Source of the DNA: Micavibrio sp.
GTDB taxonomy: Bacteria > Patescibacteriota > Minisyncoccia > Moranbacterales > GCA-2747515
Assembly (NCBI GenBank): GCA_020718085.1
Contig: DYDB01000001.1
Location: forward strand, 117,902-181,901
Reading direction: 5' to 3'
Length of the DNA: 64,000 nucleotides
Made by a program: the position numbers and the translations under genes. The notes under the pieces were generated by a model. The model was not told where the DNA came from and ran no database searches. It was given only the letters and a program-made list of their open reading frames with translations. Each line of letters begins with the position of its first letter. The stretch's first letter is position 1. Shown here in pieces: positions 10,082 through 19,603 of the stretch.

Positions 10082-11095
10082 TTGCAAAATATGAAAATCT
10101 TAGTTACAGGTGGAGCAGGGTTTATCGGGAGTAATTATATTCAGTACATGTTGGAGAAATATCCAAATGTCACAATTGTTAATTTGGATCTTTTAACGTA
10201 TGCGGGAAATGTGGCAAATCTGGCTATTGTGGAAAATGATGCACGATATTTTTTTGTAAAAGGTGATATTTGTGATGCTAAGTTGGTAAATGATCTGGTA
10301 AAAGACGTGGATACGATCGTACATTTTGCTGCAGAATCACATGTGGATCGATCGATCATGGATAGTAGTTCATTCGTGCACACAAATGTTGTAGGGACTC
10401 TTACACTTCTTGAAGCAGCAAAGAACAACGGCAATAAGCGATTTCATCATGTATCAACAGATGAAGTTTTTGGCTCATTGGGGAAAAATGATCCGGCGTT
10501 CAACGAATCAACGCCATACGATCCGCGCAGTCCGTACAGTGCGTCCAAAGCGGGATCTGATCATCTCGTGCGTGCATATTTTCATACGCATGGACTACCT
10601 ATTACAATTTCCAATTGTTCCAATAATTATGGTCCGTATCAATTTCCAGAAAAGTTGATCCCGCTCTTCGTGTCAAATTTGATCGATGGCAAAAAGGTGC
10701 CAATATATGGTGCGGGAGATAATATTCGCGATTGGCTCCACGTGAGGGATCACTGTAGTGCAATTGATCGCGTTGTGCATGAGGGCAAGATCGGAGAGAC
10801 GTATTGTGTAGGAGGAAATGCTGAGCGTACAAATATGCAGATCACACAAATTATTCTTACGGCGATGAACATGAACGATGAGATGATCGAATTTGTGGAT
10901 GATCGCAAAGGACATGACAAGCGGTATGCAATTGATAATACAAAGATCAAAGCAGAGCTTGGATGGGAACCGTCTGTGACATTTGAAGAGGGGATCACAC
11001 AAACGATCCACTGGTACAAGGAAAATCAAAAATGGTGGCGTGATATCAAGAGTGGTGAATATCAGGAGTACTATAAAAAGCAATATAGTGTCTAA
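10082..11095 (+). CDS. rfbB: dTDP-glucose 4,6-dehydratase
   Basis: MKILVTGGAGFIGSN Rossmann start, SDR extended family, YSASKAGSDHLVRAY catalytic YxxxK. Confidence 0.9.
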   Translation: MQNMKILVTGGAGFIGSNYIQYMLEKYPNVTIVNLDLLTYAGNVANLAIVENDARYFFVKGDICDAKLVNDLVKDVDTIVHFAAESHVDRSIMDSSSFVHTNVVGTLTLLEAAKNNGNKRFHHVSTDEVFGSLGKNDPAFNESTPYDPRSPYSASKAGSDHLVRAYFHTHGLPITISNCSNNYGPYQFPEKLIPLFVSNLIDGKKVPIYGAGDNIRDWLHVRDHCSAIDRVVHEGKIGETYCVGGNAERTNMQITQIILTAMNMNDEMIEFVDDRKGHDKRYAIDNTKIKAELGWEPSVTFEEGITQTIHWYKENQKWWRDIKSGEYQEYYKKQYSV

Positions 11096-11175
11096 TATGA
11101 TGGCGTATTTTAGAAAATAAATATAATTATGCTATATTAATTATATAAGTAAATTAAATATTAATTAAAAAATCT

Positions 11176-11511
11176 ATGGAAAGAATGGGTATGCCACCGG
11201 TGGTTGGAGAAACGCCGGGAAAAAAAGAAGAAAAAAGAAGTGCTGATGCAATTGCTATGGGCTCTTTCAATGAGATGGGTCGCATGGCGATAGATGAAAT
11301 GAATGATCCAGTGGCACAAAAAGCTATGGATAAAGCTGTTGATGCAATGCATGAATTGGATATGGCAGAGATTGCAGCCAAGAAGGCTGAGGGTGGAAGT
11401 GGGCGAAGCCAGGAAGAAATTATAGCCTCATCTTTCTATTCTGCATCTGATGTTGCTAAGGAGGGACCAGAAAATGCAGAGGCTGACAGAAAATTTGCTA
11501 ACAATATGTAG
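11176..11511 (+). CDS. hypothetical acidic protein
   Basis: 111 aa ORF, Ala/Glu/Met-rich, no motif. Confidence 0.4.
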   Translation: MERMGMPPVVGETPGKKEEKRSADAIAMGSFNEMGRMAIDEMNDPVAQKAMDKAVDAMHELDMAEIAAKKAEGGSGRSQEEIIASSFYSASDVAKEGPENAEADRKFANNM

Positions 11512-11674
11512 GAAATAGGCCAGACAAAATATCTGGCTACGCAATTTTGAGCAATGAATAAAGCACTTCAAATCGGAGTGTTTTGTTTATTTCATAAGAA
11601 TAAATATTCGTATTTTGGCTTAAAAATGGTATTATATTTACAAGAGTCTAGATAATTTCTTTAAATAAAATACT

Positions 11675-12547
11675 ATGGGTGGTGGATTTGAGTTTTCATT
11701 AGGGGAGCAACCAAAGGCTGCTATAAAAAAAATAGAGAGAGCAGACATTTCTAGGGAGGTGATTGGAGAGGGGGAGACAGAAATAATAATGCAAAGGCAC
11801 GAAGCTTATATTCGCGATGTTGAGGATGAAAAAGCGGGAAGCTTAAAGGAAGAAGAGGCAAAAAAATCTTATGACCTGGCAGTTGAGATTTTCAAATCAA
11901 AGCTTGAAAGTTTGCTGGAAGATGAGCGGAGCACAGTAGACGTGCTAGTCATTGCCAGCAATACCCAATATGTAAAAGGCAGAAGAAGCGTTGAGACAGC
12001 AACTGAGGTTTTGAAAGGTGTCGAAGATGTTTTCAAGGCATATGGCCTTAATGAAAAACAAATTCTTAATTCCGGAGCAAGGCGCACAGGAGAAGAAAAT
12101 CGTCCAACAAAAAACACGGCTATATTGGAGCCTCAATTTATCGATCAATCTCCGGAGTTCAGGGAATTTCTGAAAGAAAAATATGGAGATGGAGCAATGA
12201 ACCAAAAATTTTGGCAAGCTTTTGAGGAGGATTGGGAAAAAGAAGAGCGTGAAAAAATCGGAGCTGAAGGTCCGGATGATATTTTGGAGCGCTATACTAA
12301 ATTTATGAATGTCTTGGCCAAGTTTTCTGAAGTGTATCACAAAAAACATCCCGGAAGACGTCTCATTATTTGGCCGACGTCCCACTATGACACCATTAGT
12401 CCATATGTTAAAAAAATGACTGGGATGGATACGAAAACAGATTACTTGCCGGTTGATTATGGTGCTGGGATTAGTTTGAAAATAGATAAAATGGGGAATA
12501 TGACAAGCAAGATAAAAGGTCAGGAATTTGTTGTTGAAAAAAATTAA
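11675..12547 (+). CDS. hypothetical protein, possibly histidine-phosphatase-like
   Basis: 290 aa; QRHEAY near N-terminus and TSHYD near C-terminus resemble the RHG...SHG motif pair of the PGM/SixA superfamily, weakly. Confidence 0.45.
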   Translation: MGGGFEFSLGEQPKAAIKKIERADISREVIGEGETEIIMQRHEAYIRDVEDEKAGSLKEEEAKKSYDLAVEIFKSKLESLLEDERSTVDVLVIASNTQYVKGRRSVETATEVLKGVEDVFKAYGLNEKQILNSGARRTGEENRPTKNTAILEPQFIDQSPEFREFLKEKYGDGAMNQKFWQAFEEDWEKEEREKIGAEGPDDILERYTKFMNVLAKFSEVYHKKHPGRRLIIWPTSHYDTISPYVKKMTGMDTKTDYLPVDYGAGISLKIDKMGNMTSKIKGQEFVVEKN

Positions 12548-12671
12548 ATTAAAAAATATGTTTCAAGTGTTTTGCGACAGGGAAGACATTTTAGAAAAAA
12601 TCAAAAAAGAATATGTTGTTCACAATAGAAGTTTCTTATCTTAGCTCCATCTGGAACTGGGAAGGCTTATT

Positions 12672-13250
12672 TTGTTAAAAACCAACTTAGGAAAGAGGGG
12701 TGTAATATCAAAAGTGGAGAATATCAGGAATATTATACAAGACAATATGATAAGTAATAAAATATACATGAATCAAAAATATCTAGGCATCTTAGTCGCG
12801 TGTCTTGTGGGAGTGATTGTGGTACCAGCGCATTATGTGGTTTCAAATCATTATGAAATTGATATACGAGCATACTTTTTACCATTTTTTGTCGGATATT
12901 TTTGGGGTGCTATTGCGCAAGAAAAAAGTACCTGGCTTGCGTATTTTTTTACGACGTTGATATGTGAGTTTTTTCTGATTGCAATAATTCCAATAATTCT
13001 ATTTGCATTTCCATTAATTTATGTTTTTATTTTATTCTGGGTTGTCGTAGGTCACTATATAGGTATTTTTTTAAAAAATATTGGCGGTAAGAAATGGTTA
13101 CTTGTGTTAGGAGGCATCTTTTTTTGGGTTTTTTTAACAGTTTTATTTACTTTGTTGGAAAGCTATCACGGTGATATCCAGGATCCAATAGGTAAGTTAG
13201 AGATGGATACACCACCTATTAACAGTATGAGAATTGAACATAATTATTAG
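12672..13250 (+). CDS. hypothetical polytopic membrane protein
   Basis: 192 aa, four or more hydrophobic helices, very AT-rich codons. Confidence 0.45.
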   Translation: MLKTNLGKRGVISKVENIRNIIQDNMISNKIYMNQKYLGILVACLVGVIVVPAHYVVSNHYEIDIRAYFLPFFVGYFWGAIAQEKSTWLAYFFTTLICEFFLIAIIPIILFAFPLIYVFILFWVVVGHYIGIFLKNIGGKKWLLVLGGIFFWVFLTVLFTLLESYHGDIQDPIGKLEMDTPPINSMRIEHNY

Positions 13251-13318
13251 GAGCACTCTATAAAAACGGGATAAATACACAAAAAACGCTAGAAGACATA
13301 AATATATATTATGAACGT

Positions 13319-14275
13319 ATGAATGATATTGATCAAAAGAAATTTGATGCGCCTCCAGAAATGGTCGTATATGCTGCGCCGATGCCGTTGAGTGCAAAGC
13401 TTGTCCTCATGATCGCCGGTTTAATTTTTTCTTTTTTTGTAAGTAAGCCGGTTTTTATTGTGGCATCTTGCATGTTGTGTATTTATTTTTACAATGTGAT
13501 CGCACAAAAGATCGTTTATCGACGAGCCTTCAAAGCATTGGAAAATCAACCGCCAGATGAATTGCGTCCGGCAGAGATTGGCATGCTTTATGATCATCGT
13601 CAAAGTGTGTGGGAAGTGGTATCAGTATATTTATATTTGATCGCACATAAATTTATTGACGTGGAAATTCGCAAGGTGGGAGAGGGATTGTTGGCCGGAG
13701 AACATGTATTGCGTGTAACTGACAAAGATCGTTCAGTATTGCGACAATATGAGCGTGATCTGCTTGCGAGTATTTTTGCTGAGGGTGCAGAAGTGACAAC
13801 AATGGATGTCCGCAACCAAGCAATTGTCAACGCACGTCTGACACATGGCATAAAGCAATTCATGCAACAACAAGGATATTACTTTTTTGACAATACATTC
13901 ACAATAGATACATACGAGCAGGCACAACGCAAGAAATTGACGCGTTTTTTCAGTAACTGGAAACATTTTTTTTCGATAGGCAAAGGTGATGCAATGTATG
14001 TAACACTGAAAGGAAAAGAATTGTGGATGCGCACTGCGGGATTTAAGCATTATCTGAAAGTTGCGGAAAAAACACGCGTTAAATTTCACACTGATCCAAA
14101 CCAAAAACAAAATATCTATATTGATGAGATGGCACCTTATGCCGTGGCCTTGGGTATAGATACGGAATGGACCAATGAACTTTTTGGTTGGGAAAAAGTG
14201 GAAAAAACGTCACAGCACAAAGGAGATTGGGGATATGTTTTGAAAAAGATCAAGGAGCAGCAGAATAAGAAATGA
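13319..14275 (+). CDS. hypothetical membrane-anchored protein
   Basis: 318 aa, two N-terminal TM helices then soluble domain; no confident family. Confidence 0.5.
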   Translation: MNDIDQKKFDAPPEMVVYAAPMPLSAKLVLMIAGLIFSFFVSKPVFIVASCMLCIYFYNVIAQKIVYRRAFKALENQPPDELRPAEIGMLYDHRQSVWEVVSVYLYLIAHKFIDVEIRKVGEGLLAGEHVLRVTDKDRSVLRQYERDLLASIFAEGAEVTTMDVRNQAIVNARLTHGIKQFMQQQGYYFFDNTFTIDTYEQAQRKKLTRFFSNWKHFFSIGKGDAMYVTLKGKELWMRTAGFKHYLKVAEKTRVKFHTDPNQKQNIYIDEMAPYAVALGIDTEWTNELFGWEKVEKTSQHKGDWGYVLKKIKEQQNKK

Positions 14276-14712
14276 GCATGGAAATGAAAAGAAATATACA
14301 TAAATTCTTCTACGATATTTATGTGGATGTGACAATTGTGCTTGCAGCATTGTTGTATGCGACATTGCATTACAAGGATAATATATGGAGCATTATCGGC
14401 ATTTGTCTTGTGTGTGTATCGGTAATATTGTGGATCATTGCCAGAACCCAGCTTGGAGATGCTTTTTCTGTTGAGCCGAAAGCACGTTCATTGGTAGTGA
14501 AAGGATTGTATGCAAAAATACAACACCCGATGTACATTTTTTCTTTTCTGGCGACAGTGGGGGTTTTGCTGATGTTACAAAATATGTATCTGTGCATAAT
14601 ATTGCCGGTCATGGCAGTAGTTCAGATCAAAAGAATAATGACGGAGAATGCACTCTTGAAAAAAATGCATGGTAGTGTATATGATACATATGTAAAGAAT
14701 ATATGGTTCTAA
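14272..14712 (+). CDS. isoprenylcysteine carboxyl methyltransferase / PEMT-family membrane methyltransferase
   Basis: GLYAKIQHPMYIFSFL (G-x-Y...HPxY) and C-terminal EN-LLKKMHGSVYDTYVKN match the ICMT/PEMT signature. Confidence 0.6.
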   Translation: MSMEMKRNIHKFFYDIYVDVTIVLAALLYATLHYKDNIWSIIGICLVCVSVILWIIARTQLGDAFSVEPKARSLVVKGLYAKIQHPMYIFSFLATVGVLLMLQNMYLCIILPVMAVVQIKRIMTENALLKKMHGSVYDTYVKNIWF

Positions 14713-14815
14713 AATTGATCTTGAGAGACATCTTTGAAAAACAATGAAAGTTTTCTTGATTGAAATATTGTCATAATTTTTTTATTATGATATTATATCA
14801 ATATAAATTGATATA

Positions 14816-15133
14816 ATGGTCATTGATATGTCATTAACGTGTTTTAAGAATAAAAAATCTGTACAGGAATTGTCGGAAACGGCGGATTTTTTGAAGGTGA
14901 TCGCGGAAGAAAACCGTCTCAAGATCTTATGTATGCTCAGAAATGGTGAAAAATGTGTATGTGAGATCTGGCAATATTTGGATCTGCCACAAAACCTCAC
15001 GTCACATCATCTCAAGATCTTGCGAGACCAGGGATTGATCAGTGCGCGCAAAGATGGACAAAAGATCTATTATGCGACTGATAAGGAAATCTTATCGCGA
15101 TATGCAAAATTGTTGCATAATTATTTAAAATAA
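14816..15133 (+). CDS. arsR: ArsR/SmtB family transcriptional regulator
   Basis: NRLKILCMLRNGEKCVCEIWQYLDLPQNLTSHHLKILRDQGLI wHTH with metal-binding Cys pair. Confidence 0.8.
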   Translation: MVIDMSLTCFKNKKSVQELSETADFLKVIAEENRLKILCMLRNGEKCVCEIWQYLDLPQNLTSHHLKILRDQGLISARKDGQKIYYATDKEILSRYAKLLHNYLK

Positions 15134-15143
15134 ATAGAAGATT

Positions 15144-16103
15144 ATGAATATTTTTTACCCCATTCAATTATTTTCAGACATTGTTACATATCATTTTTTA
15201 GGATTATCTCATGATGATGTATTGGGTGAGACAATAAACTATTTTATTTTTGACTCGATTAAGATATTTTTCCTTCTCGCGGTGATCATTTTTGTTGTGT
15301 CGATCATCCGAACATTTTTAGCACCTGCAAAGATTCGTGCTTTTTTGGCGGGACACAATAAATTTGTGGGGCATGTCATTGCAGCGGTGACTGGTGTTGT
15401 GACCCCGTTTTGTTCATGTAGCGCGGTGCCGCTATTTTTGGGATTCGTAGAGGCTGGTGTGCCATTGGGTATTACATTTTCATTTCTCATTGCTTCGCCG
15501 ATGATCAATGAAGTTGCGCTCGTCATGTTAATTGGCAGCTTTGGATTAAAAATCGCACTGATCTATATTGTGAGCGGATTTCTGATCTCTATCATAGCGG
15601 GATTGGTGATCGGGCGTATGCGTGTGGAACATTTGATTGAAGATCTTGGAAAGTATAAGGGTCAGGATAGCGATATGACATACACATCCTGGAAAAGTCG
15701 CATACAATATGCGCGAGGATATACATGGGACATTATTACAAAAGTTGGAGCATATATTATTATCGGTGTGGCAATTGGTGCGTGGATCCATGGTTATGTA
15801 CCGGCTGATTTTCTTGTGACGTATGCTGGCTCGAATGTGTGGTACGCCGTACCACTGGCAACGCTTGTGGGTATTCCGCTTTATGCTAATGCTGCGGGTG
15901 TCCTGCCAATTGTGAGCGCACTTTTTGCAAAGGGTGTGGCACTTGGTACGGTATTGGCATTTATGATGGCTGTGACAGCTTTGTCTTTGCCGGAATTCCT
16001 TATTTTGCGCAGGATCATGAAGCCAAAACTAATCGCGATCTTTGCGTGTGTCGTTGGTATGGGAATTATTTTTACAGGATATATATTTAATGCCATAATA
16101 TAA
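15144..16103 (+). CDS. permease, DUF318/ArsP-like
   Basis: 319 aa polytopic; TPFCSCSAVPLF motif characteristic of the ArsP/DUF318 permease family; adjacent to arsR. Confidence 0.6.
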   Translation: MNIFYPIQLFSDIVTYHFLGLSHDDVLGETINYFIFDSIKIFFLLAVIIFVVSIIRTFLAPAKIRAFLAGHNKFVGHVIAAVTGVVTPFCSCSAVPLFLGFVEAGVPLGITFSFLIASPMINEVALVMLIGSFGLKIALIYIVSGFLISIIAGLVIGRMRVEHLIEDLGKYKGQDSDMTYTSWKSRIQYARGYTWDIITKVGAYIIIGVAIGAWIHGYVPADFLVTYAGSNVWYAVPLATLVGIPLYANAAGVLPIVSALFAKGVALGTVLAFMMAVTALSLPEFLILRRIMKPKLIAIFACVVGMGIIFTGYIFNAII

Positions 16104-16125
16104 GCGCAAACATTGATAAGAAAAT

Positions 16126-16680
16126 ATGAAAAGATTGTTTATTATACATCGGTGGGATGGCTCACCGGAGAAGGATTGGCTGCCATGGGCAAAAGAAGCA
16201 TTTGAGAAAAAAGGCTTTGACGTGATCGTACCGCTTATGCCACATCCGGATGAACCAATGATTGAAGAGAGAGTTCCTTTTCTAGCACAACTTGTGGGTG
16301 AAATGGATGAGAACACATTTTTTATCGGACATTCTATAGGGTGTCAGACGATCATGCGTTGTATAGAAAGCGTGTCTCCCAAAAAAGTTGGGGGCATTAT
16401 TTTTGTGGCTGGTTGGTTTAATCTGATCAATCTTGAAGATGAGGAGAGCAAAAGAATTGCCAAACCATGGGTTGAGACACCGATTGATTGTGAAAAAATA
16501 AAAAATGCATGTGAAAATATCACAGCGTTCCTATCTGATGATGATCCGTTCGTGCCGCTTTCGGATAAAGAAATTTTTGAACAAAAATTGGATGCAAAAG
16601 TAATTATAGAAAAGAAAAAGGGTCATTACACAAAGCGTGACGGTGTGATAAAATTACCGGAAATTTTGGATATATTTTGA
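16126..16680 (+). CDS. alpha/beta serine hydrolase, RBBP9/YdeN-like
   Basis: 184 aa; FIIHRWDGSPEKDW N-terminus and GHSIG nucleophile elbow. Confidence 0.55.
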   Translation: MKRLFIIHRWDGSPEKDWLPWAKEAFEKKGFDVIVPLMPHPDEPMIEERVPFLAQLVGEMDENTFFIGHSIGCQTIMRCIESVSPKKVGGIIFVAGWFNLINLEDEESKRIAKPWVETPIDCEKIKNACENITAFLSDDDPFVPLSDKEIFEQKLDAKVIIEKKKGHYTKRDGVIKLPEILDIF

Positions 16681-16815
16681 GTTAGATACGCATTTGCTTT
16701 TTGGAAAAAGGTGAATAGTTAAGAATCTGATACTTGATTTTTCATATAAAGTATGATAGTGTACGCAGTCGGTTTTTGGAATGTTATTTAATAAGATCAC
16801 TTATCTTTTATAACC

Positions 16816-18033
16816 TTGGTGGAGGTGAACATGCTGAAAGACGGTACAGATTTGATCGTTTTGCCAAACAGTCCCTTTTGGGATGTGTTTAAGCGATTTG
16901 GCAGTGATGAGGTGTTGGCACTTATCATAAATTCCGGTGCAACCTTTCTGTTGGGATTGTATTTTGTACATACGCCGGGAACGGAAATTGTTGCAAACTT
17001 TGTCGGAGTGCATATCACGTTAAATGTTTTGTTTTCACTCATTGGTCCGGTTGTGGAAAAAGTTGGATTTTTCCCCTTGCATTTTTGGGAAGCATGGAAG
17101 ATCTACAGATCAACCGTGAAAGAAAATAGACGGAAGTTGTGTTATTATTTTCGCGGAGCATTAAAGAACGGCAGTAAAAGTTTGATGCAAGATGTTTTGG
17201 TGCATGATCCGGTGTATATCGCGATCATGTATGTGGGATTGTTTTGTCTACCGGAAACGCCTGCATGGCTTTTGTCCTTTTTTAGTTTTGTTGTAGCTGT
17301 GTTCATTGTGGCTGGTGGTGAGGTAAGTGTTGTGGAATTGCTTTATGTCAGATTTAAACGAGCGTTAAAAAAATTGGGATTTAGTGAGATATCCTATCTC
17401 GAATCTCGATTCTATTTTGATTCTCATACGTCGGCAAAAAACATATTCAACATGCTTGTTGCGCGATATGAGCTTGCCACTATGGGAGTTGATGGCACCG
17501 TCATTAGTCAGGGCCCATCTGTCAGTCAATATTGCGATCGCTATATTGGCAATAAACTGTCGGTTTATAATGCCAGAAGACCTCGCGTACGTTTCAGGCA
17601 ACGAGATTCGCGGGTGGACAAAAAAAGTTTGATGTCCATTCAGATCGTGTTTACGCTCACAAAGGAAATGGATCGGAGGGAGGTGACACAATATCGATAT
17701 TTTCCAATTCGGAAAGACAAGCTTTATTGCAGATTTCCCGGATGCATGTGTGAAAATGTCATTGACGCACTTGGTTCATCCACAAGAAAATTTCTGAAAA
17801 GATTTTTTGTTCCAACAGACGTGATCGATGTGCAGTTCTCTCGCATGGTCGCGAATAATCCGGAGACGATCCTTGTTTCATTGGATCAAGTTGGCGACGT
17901 GTCGATTCTGGAAATAAAAGCGTATGTGGGCAAAGAAGCAGTCTTGAAAGAGGCAATGCGCTTGGCCATGCATCATGGAGGTCAACAAACGACACATGAT
18001 AAACATATAATTATGTGTACGTGTACAAATTAA
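16816..18033 (+). CDS. hypothetical protein; N-terminal membrane region plus uncharacterised C-terminal domain
   Basis: 405 aa ORF; own promoter-like region upstream and strong terminator downstream. Confidence 0.5.
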   Translation: MVEVNMLKDGTDLIVLPNSPFWDVFKRFGSDEVLALIINSGATFLLGLYFVHTPGTEIVANFVGVHITLNVLFSLIGPVVEKVGFFPLHFWEAWKIYRSTVKENRRKLCYYFRGALKNGSKSLMQDVLVHDPVYIAIMYVGLFCLPETPAWLLSFFSFVVAVFIVAGGEVSVVELLYVRFKRALKKLGFSEISYLESRFYFDSHTSAKNIFNMLVARYELATMGVDGTVISQGPSVSQYCDRYIGNKLSVYNARRPRVRFRQRDSRVDKKSLMSIQIVFTLTKEMDRREVTQYRYFPIRKDKLYCRFPGCMCENVIDALGSSTRKFLKRFFVPTDVIDVQFSRMVANNPETILVSLDQVGDVSILEIKAYVGKEAVLKEAMRLAMHHGGQQTTHDKHIIMCTCTN

Positions 18034-18063
18034 GCACTCATGTAGTGATAAATACACATAAAT

Positions 18064-18104
18064 AGCACCAATTCTCTTGCTATGAGGATTGGTGCTTTTT
18101 CATT
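18064..18104 (+). terminator. rho-independent terminator
   Basis: AGCACCAATTCTCTTGCTATGAGGATTGGTGCTTTTTCATT. Confidence 0.7.
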
Positions 18105-18257
18105 GTAATGTATGTATAAAGGCCTTAAATGTATATTTTGATAATTTTTGTTGGAAAGGTTAATTAGATGTATTATATATGTAGTAATTAATGTGCGTGC
18201 AATTAAATATATTAAAAAAGTACGCAGAACAAGTCTAAATTTAGTTAATCAATAATA

Positions 18258-18647
18258 TTGAACTTTATGAATAAGCAAAAAATATTCATGATCATAACGA
18301 TCGCTATAGCATTGGTTGGAGTGGGATCATATTTTCTTTTGCCAGATGAATCGGCAAAGAATTCATTGCCGACTGATATTGTTTTCTATTATGGCGATAC
18401 ATGTCCACACTGCAAAAAGGTAGATGAATATGTAGTTCAGAACAATGTACAAGAAAAAATGCCTTTTGTGCAAAAGGAAGTGTATAATGATGAAAAAAAT
18501 TCTGCAGAGCTTGCAAAAATTGCGGAAAAATGCGGCATGGCTGCAGATGAGGTGGGTGTGCCGTTTCTATGGGCTGATCAGCAGTGTTTTGTGGGGGATA
18601 AAGATATCATTGATTATTTTTCACAGAAAATTGAAACACAACAATAA
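18258..18647 (+). CDS. membrane-anchored thioredoxin-fold protein
   Basis: N-terminal TM then YYGDTCPHCKK (CPHC active site). Confidence 0.65.
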   Translation: MNFMNKQKIFMIITIAIALVGVGSYFLLPDESAKNSLPTDIVFYYGDTCPHCKKVDEYVVQNNVQEKMPFVQKEVYNDEKNSAELAKIAEKCGMAADEVGVPFLWADQQCFVGDKDIIDYFSQKIETQQ

Positions 18648-18655
18648 TATATTTT

Positions 18656-18997
18656 ATGACGAATGCGAAAGATTTTTTACATAAACCTGTATCTGTGACA
18701 GTTGATCGACCGATGGGTTCACGCCATCCCACACACGGCTTTTTTTATCCTGTAAATTATGGCTACGTAAAAGATACGATCATGCCGGATGGGGAAGAAT
18801 TGGATGTCTATGTCCTAGGTATTTTTGCACCGTGTGATAAATTTGATGGTGTATGTATTGCATATATTCAAAGATTGGATGAAATGGATGATAAATTGAT
18901 CGTGGTACCTAAGGGAGTGACATATAACGATATGCAGATCCGTGCACTCACAGAATTCCAAGAACAATTTTTTCGCTCACGCATTATTCGTTTGTGA
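18656..18997 (+). CDS. inorganic pyrophosphatase-like protein, short
   Basis: YPVNYGYVKDTIMPDGEELDVYVL matches the family I PPase YPxNYGFIPxT..DGDPLDVLV core; only 113 aa. Confidence 0.45.
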   Translation: MTNAKDFLHKPVSVTVDRPMGSRHPTHGFFYPVNYGYVKDTIMPDGEELDVYVLGIFAPCDKFDGVCIAYIQRLDEMDDKLIVVPKGVTYNDMQIRALTEFQEQFFRSRIIRL

Positions 18998-19004
18998 TAT
19001 TTTT

Positions 19005-19550
19005 ATGAACATTCCAAAACAATATAGATCATTGCAATATGTACATGATATTGAATGGCGGGATGTTTTTGCTGTGTGGCGTTCTTATGAGGCTTATCAA
19101 AAAGGATGGGAGACGCATTGGGTGGAACGAGGATTTGATTCATGGGATGCATGGCGAGGTAATTATGCCGCACCACTTTTACCAGAAAAACGTGTATGGA
19201 AAGTATATCGAATTGCAGATCCCTTGTGTGATGTGCCGCTGATGTATGGTGTGCCGTCACGTGGATGGCAAGCAAAATGTTATGATGGCATGCCAACAAA
19301 AATGATTGCCGATATTTTATTACATTCGACCGTAGCAAATAATCCAAAAATATCCGCTGTGCAAGAGAATTTTCCGTTTCAAACAATGTTCACGGGCATA
19401 GTACACAAAGAAAAGATCATTCTGGTAGAAGGCATGCACCGTGCATGCGCATTGGCGCGCATGAGAGAATATGCAGGTGATGTGGTTATTGCTCTTGCAA
19501 TGTATGATGGTGACATTCCGTCAATCGGTAAGGGTGATGTGGTTTTGTAG
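19005..19550 (+). CDS. hypothetical protein
   Basis: Start chosen at ATG 19005 (MNIPKQ...) just after upstream stop; Trp-rich; no motif. Confidence 0.45.
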   Translation: MNIPKQYRSLQYVHDIEWRDVFAVWRSYEAYQKGWETHWVERGFDSWDAWRGNYAAPLLPEKRVWKVYRIADPLCDVPLMYGVPSRGWQAKCYDGMPTKMIADILLHSTVANNPKISAVQENFPFQTMFTGIVHKEKIILVEGMHRACALARMREYAGDVVIALAMYDGDIPSIGKGDVVL

Positions 19551-19603
19551 GGTTTTTGTGTGTTATAATAAAAAATGAAATACATAACTTTTAAAACAAA
19601 AAT

